64,000 nucleotides of DNA from a bacterium (GTDB lineage: Bacteria > Methylomirabilota > Methylomirabilia > CAVQYV01). Below, piece after piece: positions 58,683 through 64,000 of this stretch. Both the position numbers and the translations under genes were made by a program. Position 1 is the stretch's first letter. Every line of letters begins with the position of its first letter. The notes under the pieces are model-generated. The model was not told the origin of the DNA. It saw only the letters and a program-made list of their open reading frames with translations, and made no database searches. The stretch covers positions 34,297 to 98,296 of the forward strand of contig JAZDMQ010000017.1 in assembly GCA_043800755.1 (NCBI GenBank). The letters run 5' to 3'.

Positions 58683-59824
58683 CGGCTCACCTCCAGTATC
58701 CTCTCTAAGATCTGATCCGGGGTGATCAGTTCCCCGTCGGCTCGATTGATCTGGCCAATCGGGGCCCGACCGTGGGATGCGCGTTCCACCTCGTAGACCA
58801 TCTGCCCCAGATTCATCTCGGCCACCAGGATGCATCTGGCCCTGGAGGCCAATTCCTCTATCTCCTCTCCGGGAAAGGGCCAGAGGGTCAGGGGCCGAAA
58901 CAGGCCGGCCCGGATTCCCTTCTCGCGGGCCTGCCGGACGGCCAGCTTCGCCGAGCGGGCGGTGGAGCCAAAGGCGAAGACCGCGATCTCCGCGTCCTCC
59001 AGACTGACCCCCTCATAGCGGAGGATCTCCTTCTTGTACCTCTCGACCTTGCGCACCAGCCTGGCCTCCTGGGCCGCCACCACCGGGGCCTTCATGGTGG
59101 GATACCCTCGCTCGTCGTGGTTGAGGCCGGTCACATGGTAACGATATCCCTCCCCAAAATTGGCCATGGGGGGGATGTCAGAAGGATGATTCTCATAGGG
59201 TAGGTAGTCCTCCGGAGGCACCGAAGGCTTGATCCGATCGAAGATCTCGATCTGGGAAGGATCCGGGATCTCGATCTTCTCCCGCATATGACCCACAATC
59301 TCGTCCAGCAGCAGGATCACCGGCATCCGAAAGCGCTCGGCGAAGTTAAAGGAGAGCACGGTGGCCTCGAAGACCTCCCGGACCGAGGCCGGCGCCAGGG
59401 CGATGGTGGGATGATCCCCGTGGGTCCCCCAGCGGGCCTGCATCACATCGGCCTGTCCGGGGGAGGTGGGAAGCCCGGTGCTGGGACCTCCCCGCATCAC
59501 ATTGACCACCACACACGGGACCTCGGTCATGCAGGCAAACCCGATATTCTCCGCCTTCAGGGAGAAGCCGGGACCCGAGGTGGCGGTGATCGACTTCAGC
59601 CCGGCCAAAGAGGCGCCGATCACAGCGGCCATGGCCCCGATTTCGTCCTCCATCTGAATGAACTTCCCGCCCACCTTCGGCAGCCTCAGGGCCAAGCCCT
59701 CGGCGATCTCCGAGGAAGGTGTAATGGGATACCCTGCAAAGAAACGCGCCCCGGCTGCAATCGCCCCCTCGACGCAGGCCTCATTGCCCTGGAGCAGCTT
59801 CACCACCCTCGTCTTTTTCTCCAA
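58679..59824 (-). CDS. 2-oxoacid:ferredoxin oxidoreductase alpha subunit
   Basis: 381 aa. POR/KOR alpha family. Confidence 0.85.
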   Translation of the reverse strand: MEKKTRVVKLLQGNEACVEGAIAAGARFFAGYPITPSSEIAEGLALRLPKVGGKFIQMEDEIGAMAAVIGASLAGLKSITATSGPGFSLKAENIGFACMTEVPCVVVNVMRGGPSTGLPTSPGQADVMQARWGTHGDHPTIALAPASVREVFEATVLSFNFAERFRMPVILLLDEIVGHMREKIEIPDPSQIEIFDRIKPSVPPEDYLPYENHPSDIPPMANFGEGYRYHVTGLNHDERGYPTMKAPVVAAQEARLVRKVERYKKEILRYEGVSLEDAEIAVFAFGSTARSAKLAVRQAREKGIRAGLFRPLTLWPFPGEEIEELASRARCILVAEMNLGQMVYEVERASHGRAPIGQINRADGELITPDQILERILEVSR

Positions 59825-59827
59825 ACC

Positions 59828-60094
59828 CTATCCCCTCCCTTTTTTGGCCTCGATCTCCGCGTCCTCCTCAGAGGACTCCACGGTAATGGCAAAATCCGGA
59901 CAGCGGAGGTCGCACAGCTGGCACCTGGTGCAGGCCTCCAGATCCACCACCTCGGGCTTCCCCCTGCGATTCATGGCCAGCACCTTCTTGGGGCAAAATT
60001 CCACGCAGATGGAGCAGCCCTTGCACCACTCCTCGTTGATCTCAATGCTCACCTTGTCGTTGGCATACCGATGGATGCGTCCCTCTTCCTCCAT
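59828..60094 (-). CDS. 2-oxoacid:ferredoxin oxidoreductase delta subunit (2x[4Fe-4S] ferredoxin)
   Basis: Two CxxCxxCxxxCP motifs (CKGCSICVEFCP, CTRCQLCDLRCP). Confidence 0.85.
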   Translation of the reverse strand: MEEEGRIHRYANDKVSIEINEEWCKGCSICVEFCPKKVLAMNRRGKPEVVDLEACTRCQLCDLRCPDFAITVESSEEDAEIEAKKGRG

Positions 60095-60110
60095 GAACTC
60101 GCTTGACCTC

Positions 60111-60995
60111 CTATCTTCGCTTCCGCTTTCTTAGAACTTGCTCCACCGTCGCCCCGATCTCTGCCGGGCTCTGGCATACCGTAATCCCTGCCTCCTCCCA
60201 GGCGACGATCTTTTCCGCCGCGGTCCCCTTTCCGCCGGAGATGATGGCCCCTGCATGGCCCATCCTCCGCCCGGGCGGTGCGGTCCTTCCTGCCACAAAG
60301 CCAATCACCGGCTTTTTGATCTCCTCCCTCACCAAGGACGCGGCCTGCTCCTCTGCGGTCCCCCCGATCTCCCCGATCAGCACCACCGCCTCGGTCTCCA
60401 GATCGGCCTCAAAGAGCTTCAGGCAATCGATGAAGTGGGTGCCGACGATGGGATCCCCTCCGATGCCGATGCAGGTCGATTGACCAATCTCTCTCTGAGA
60501 GAGCTGGAAGACCACCTCATAGGTGAGGGTGCCACTGCGGGAGATGACCCCCACCGAACCCCGCCTATGGATGCGTCCGGGCATGATCCCGATCTTGGAC
60601 TTCCCGGGGGAAATGATCCCGGGACAATTGGGGCCAATCAGCCGGGACCCCCTGGCCTTGAGGAAGGGGATGATTCGCACCATATCGAGGGTGGGGATGC
60701 CCTCGCTGATGCAGACGATGAGGGGAATGCCGGCATCGGCCGCCTCCATGATGGCGTCCGCGGCGAAGGGTGGGGGGACGAAGATCACCGAGGCATTCAC
60801 CCCTTCTCTGCGGGCTGCCTCCGCCACCGTATTGTAAACCGGAATCCCGTCCACCTGAGCCCCGCCCTTCCCCGGCGTCATCCCGGCCACCACCTTGGTG
60901 CCATATTCTACGGCCTGGCGGGTGTGGAAGGCCCCTTCCTTGCCGGTGATCCCCTGAACGAGCAATCTGGTATTTTCGTCAATAATGATAGACAT
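60111..60995 (-). CDS. sucD: Succinyl-CoA synthetase alpha subunit
   Basis: CoA-binding QGITGKEG and phosphohistidine region (SRSGTLTYE). Confidence 0.9.
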   Translation of the reverse strand: MSIIIDENTRLLVQGITGKEGAFHTRQAVEYGTKVVAGMTPGKGGAQVDGIPVYNTVAEAARREGVNASVIFVPPPFAADAIMEAADAGIPLIVCISEGIPTLDMVRIIPFLKARGSRLIGPNCPGIISPGKSKIGIMPGRIHRRGSVGVISRSGTLTYEVVFQLSQREIGQSTCIGIGGDPIVGTHFIDCLKLFEADLETEAVVLIGEIGGTAEEQAASLVREEIKKPVIGFVAGRTAPPGRRMGHAGAIISGGKGTAAEKIVAWEEAGITVCQSPAEIGATVEQVLRKRKRR

Positions 60996-61027
60996 TTATT
61001 ATTACTTCCTTAATAATTTAAGTTACA

Positions 61028-62185
61028 CTATTGCGCCAGTTTGACTGCCTTTTCTGCTGCATCCTTCATTTCCGAGGCGACAGTGAAGTTGAGGCCCGAT
61101 CCTCGCAAGAGCTCCTGCCCCTTCTCCACATTGGTCCCTTCCAACCTCACCACGATGGGCACCTCCACCTTCAGCTTGGAGGCGGCCTCGATCATCCCCT
61201 GGGCGACCACATCACAGCGCATGATCCCCCCGAAGATGTTGATCAGGACCGCCCTCACATTTCGATCTGAGAGCAGGATGCGGAAGGCATTCTCCACCTG
61301 CTCCGCGCTGGCGCCCCCACCCACATCTAAGAAGTTGGCCGGCTCCCCGCCGCAGAGCTTGATCAGGTCCATGGTGGCCATCGCCAGGCCCGCCCCATTT
61401 ACCATGCAGCCGATGGTTCCGTCCAGCCTGATGTAATTGATCTGATAGCGCGAGGCCTCCGTCTCCAGGGGATCCTCCTCCTGGGTGTCTCTCAGCTCCC
61501 TCGTCTCCGGGTGGCGGAAAAGGGCGTTGTCATCGAGGTTCATCTTGGCATCTAAGGCCAGGAGGCGCCCATCCCCGGTCCAGACCAGGGGGTTGATCTC
61601 TGCCAAGGAGCAGTCCTTCGCCCAGAAGGCACGGTAGAGAGAACAGATGAGCTGGCTCGCCTGAAGGCTCGCCTCGGGCGGCAATCCCAGACTGAAGGCA
61701 ATCTCCCGGGCATGGAAGGGCCAAATCCCTGATCCCGTATCCACATGCGCCTTGAGGATCCTCTCCGGAGAGGCAGCCGCCACCTGCTCGATCTCCATCC
61801 CCCCACTCTCGCTGGCCATGATCACGGCCCTCGCAGCGTCCCGGTCGATGGTCACCCCCAGGTAAAGCTCCTTCTTGATCTCCATCGCCTCTTCCACCAG
61901 GACCCTTCGCACTTTAACGCCCTGGGGCGAGGTCTGGTGGGTCACCAATTGCATGCCCAGGATAGAGGAGGCAGTTCGCTCCGCCTCCTCGGGCGTCTGC
62001 GCCAGCTTCACCCCTCCTCCCTTTCCTCGGCCGCCAGCATGGATCTGGGCCTTGATGACCACCGGCCGGCCCAGCCGGGCAGAGATTTCCCTGGCCTCCG
62101 CCGCGGTCTCCGCCACCCCTCCCTCCGGGATCGGGACCCCGAAAGCGAAGAGGATCTGTTTCGCCTGATATTCGTGGATCTTCAT
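61028..62185 (-). CDS. sucC: Succinyl-CoA synthetase beta subunit
   Basis: MKIHEYQAKQIL ATP-grasp N-terminus; 385 aa. Confidence 0.9.
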   Translation of the reverse strand: MKIHEYQAKQILFAFGVPIPEGGVAETAAEAREISARLGRPVVIKAQIHAGGRGKGGGVKLAQTPEEAERTASSILGMQLVTHQTSPQGVKVRRVLVEEAMEIKKELYLGVTIDRDAARAVIMASESGGMEIEQVAAASPERILKAHVDTGSGIWPFHAREIAFSLGLPPEASLQASQLICSLYRAFWAKDCSLAEINPLVWTGDGRLLALDAKMNLDDNALFRHPETRELRDTQEEDPLETEASRYQINYIRLDGTIGCMVNGAGLAMATMDLIKLCGGEPANFLDVGGGASAEQVENAFRILLSDRNVRAVLINIFGGIMRCDVVAQGMIEAASKLKVEVPIVVRLEGTNVEKGQELLRGSGLNFTVASEMKDAAEKAVKLAQ

Positions 62186-62211
62186 CCTGCCTCTTTTCTA
62201 TAGAAAAACCG

Positions 62212-62781
62212 CTATCTCGACCCGATCTCCTGCCGATAGACCCGGACCCCTTCGGCATAGAGGTCATTGCCCTGCACATCATTGACCACAATCGCAGGAA
62301 AGTCCTCTAACCTCAGCCTGCGGATGGCTTCCGGGCCAAGGTCCTCATAGACAACCATCTCTGCCTCTTTGATACACCGCGAAAGCAAGGCAGCGGCCCC
62401 ACCGACTGCCCCGAAGTAGACCGCCTTGTGCTCCACCATGGCCCGGATGACCTGGGCCGATCGCGCCCCCTTGCCAATCATCCCTTTCAGCCCCTTGACA
62501 ATCAGGGCGGGCGCATAGGCGTCCATGCGCGAGGCGGTGGTAGGCCCGGCAGAGCCAATCACCCGGCCAGGCTTCGCCGGACTGGGCCCCACATAGTAGA
62601 TCACCTGGCCCTTTATGTCAAAGGGCAGCTCCTTCCTCTGGCGCAGGAGATCGTCCATCCGCTTGTGCGCCGCATCCCGCGCGGTATAAACCCAACCGGA
62701 GATCAACACCCGATCCCCGGACCGAAGTGAAACAATCTCCTCGGTGCGCAAAGGCGTACTAATCCTCTTCACCTCTCCCAT
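62212..62781 (-). CDS. Class I (Fe-S) fumarate hydratase beta subunit
   Basis: TtdB/FumB-like C-terminal domain. Start set at MGEVKRI; the track ORF extends to 62907. Confidence 0.8.
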   Translation of the reverse strand: MGEVKRISTPLRTEEIVSLRSGDRVLISGWVYTARDAAHKRMDDLLRQRKELPFDIKGQVIYYVGPSPAKPGRVIGSAGPTTASRMDAYAPALIVKGLKGMIGKGARSAQVIRAMVEHKAVYFGAVGGAAALLSRCIKEAEMVVYEDLGPEAIRRLRLEDFPAIVVNDVQGNDLYAEGVRVYRQEIGSR

Positions 62782-62831
62782 TCCCTGCCTGCTCCTTTTC
62801 TCTCTCAGGATGTCCGATTGACCCTGCTCGC

Positions 62832-63674
62832 CTAAAGGATTCTCTCTTGGTGGCGATGGGCATGACAGTTGATGCTGACGGCCACCGGGAGGCTGACGAG
62901 GTGACAAGCAAAGACCTCTGCATGAACGGCCAGGGCCGTCACCCTCCCTCCGAACCCGAGGGGGCCAATTCCCAGGGCGTTCACCGCCTCCAGCAGATCC
63001 TTCTCCAGGGCCGCGATGTCCGGATCGGGATGAGGCGTCCCAATCTTGCGAAACAAGGCCTTTTTGGAGATCAGGGCTGCCTTCTCGAAGGTCCCTCCGA
63101 TCCCCACCCCCAGGATGATCGGCGGGCAGGGATTGGGCCCGGCCTTTGCCACCGTCTCCAGGACCAGCCGCTTAATCCCCTCCACGCCATCCGAGGGCTT
63201 GAGCATCCTCATCTGAATCATATTCTCCGCCCCCCCACCCTTGGGGGCCACGATCAACTTCAACCGGTCTCCGGTCGCCATCTCCAGGTGGATCACCGCC
63301 GGGGTGTTGTCCTTGGTATTGACCCGATGGATCGGGTCATTGAGGATGGATTTCCGCAGATAGCCATCCTGGTAGCCCTGGCGCACCCCTTCATTGATCG
63401 CATCCAAGAAGTAACCCCCGGCAATGTGCACATCCTGGCCAATCTCGGCAAAGACCATGGCCACCCCACAGTCCTGACACATGGGGACCCGCTCCTGGCG
63501 GGCGATGTTGGCATTTTCGATCAGCTGCCGGAGCACCTCCTGGCCGATGGGGGATTCCTCCCTCTCCAGGGCCTGCCCGAAGGCCCGCATCATGTCCGGC
63601 CCCAGGTCATAGTTGGCCTCTAAACACATCTCCTTGACCGCCTGGACGATCTGGCCGGTGTCGATCTCTCTCAT
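62832..63674 (-). CDS. Class I (Fe-S) fumarate hydratase alpha subunit
   Basis: 280 aa. Fe-S hydro-lyase alpha family with a Cys cluster (CQDCG...C). Confidence 0.8.
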   Translation of the reverse strand: MREIDTGQIVQAVKEMCLEANYDLGPDMMRAFGQALEREESPIGQEVLRQLIENANIARQERVPMCQDCGVAMVFAEIGQDVHIAGGYFLDAINEGVRQGYQDGYLRKSILNDPIHRVNTKDNTPAVIHLEMATGDRLKLIVAPKGGGAENMIQMRMLKPSDGVEGIKRLVLETVAKAGPNPCPPIILGVGIGGTFEKAALISKKALFRKIGTPHPDPDIAALEKDLLEAVNALGIGPLGFGGRVTALAVHAEVFACHLVSLPVAVSINCHAHRHQERIL

Positions 63675-63716
63675 ACCCCCCTCGCTCTCCCTTGCCTCTA
63701 TCCCTTCATTTTCCTG

Positions 63717-64000
63717 CTAATTGGCGTATTGCAGGACCCAGATCTCCGTCTCCTGGGGCAGGGACTCCGGGGTGATCTCCACCTCCGAGGATGTCAGGAA
63801 TTTCACCCGCTTCTGATTCTTGGTGAACTCCTCCACCTTGGCCACGGGAAGTCCCAGCACCTCGGTCTTGAAGTGCATGGGGAACACCAGGGCGGGCCTC
63901 AACTGCTTCACAATGGCCCCGGCCTCGGCCGCATCGATGGTGAAAAACCCTCCCACCGGGATCAGGAGCAGATCCACCTTGCCCATTTCCGTCACCTGGG
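63717..64000 (-). CDS. MBL-fold metallo-hydrolase (C-terminal part; gene continues past window end)
   Basis: Open minus-strand frame to the window edge. ...LLIPVGGFFTIDAAEA... resembles the C-terminus of beta-lactamase-fold hydrolases. Confidence 0.5.
   Translation of the reverse strand, partial: QVTEMGKVDLLLIPVGGFFTIDAAEAGAIVKQLRPALVFPMHFKTEVLGLPVAKVEEFTKNQKRVKFLTSSEVEITPESLPQETEIWVLQYAN

Overview
This is a GC-rich (~60%) segment of a Gram-negative bacterial chromosome, with no plasmid, phage or CRISPR hallmarks. Gene content points to an anaerobe or facultative anaerobe with TCA/rTCA-type metabolism. There are about 70 features.

Left to right:
- An exported DUF362 paralog cluster, including a tandem double-DUF362 protein that runs off the window start, plus a TPR lipoprotein.
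- FmdE-like, creatininase-family and PHP genes.
- A tRNA-Val/tRNA-Asp mini-operon with a consensus sigma70 promoter and an intrinsic terminator.
- A PLP-dependent decarboxylase, a Memo-family protein, a 36-aa rubredoxin-like ORF, 6-phosphofructokinase, an M20 peptidase and a pentaheme cytochrome c.
- A divergent family-B (Pol II-like) DNA polymerase homolog with eroded catalytic motifs.
- An SDR, a PPC/DUF296 protein and a multi-GAF hybrid histidine kinase.
- A radical SAM protein, a disrupted Ldh_2 gene and an Mla/TolC lipid-transport operon.
- thrB and a sugar-acid catabolic cluster (two FGGY kinases, a D-2-hydroxyacid dehydrogenase, a DapA-family lyase, an NRAMP-fold transporter) plus galT.
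- An HD-GYP / HEAT-repeat signalling pair and a ThiI-like PP-loop ATPase.
- A translationally coupled sdhCAB-Rieske-cytochrome b operon.
- The rpmF-plsX-fabHDG-acpP-fabF cluster with an inserted acyl-CoA dehydrogenase.
- A fumAB-sucCD-korDABG-ndk block.

Several apparent frameshifts sit in C/G homopolymers of 5-9 nt (PHP, cytochrome, polB-like, histidine kinase). I read these as sequencing indel errors rather than pseudogenes. The Ldh_2 gene, however, lacks about 40 internal codons.
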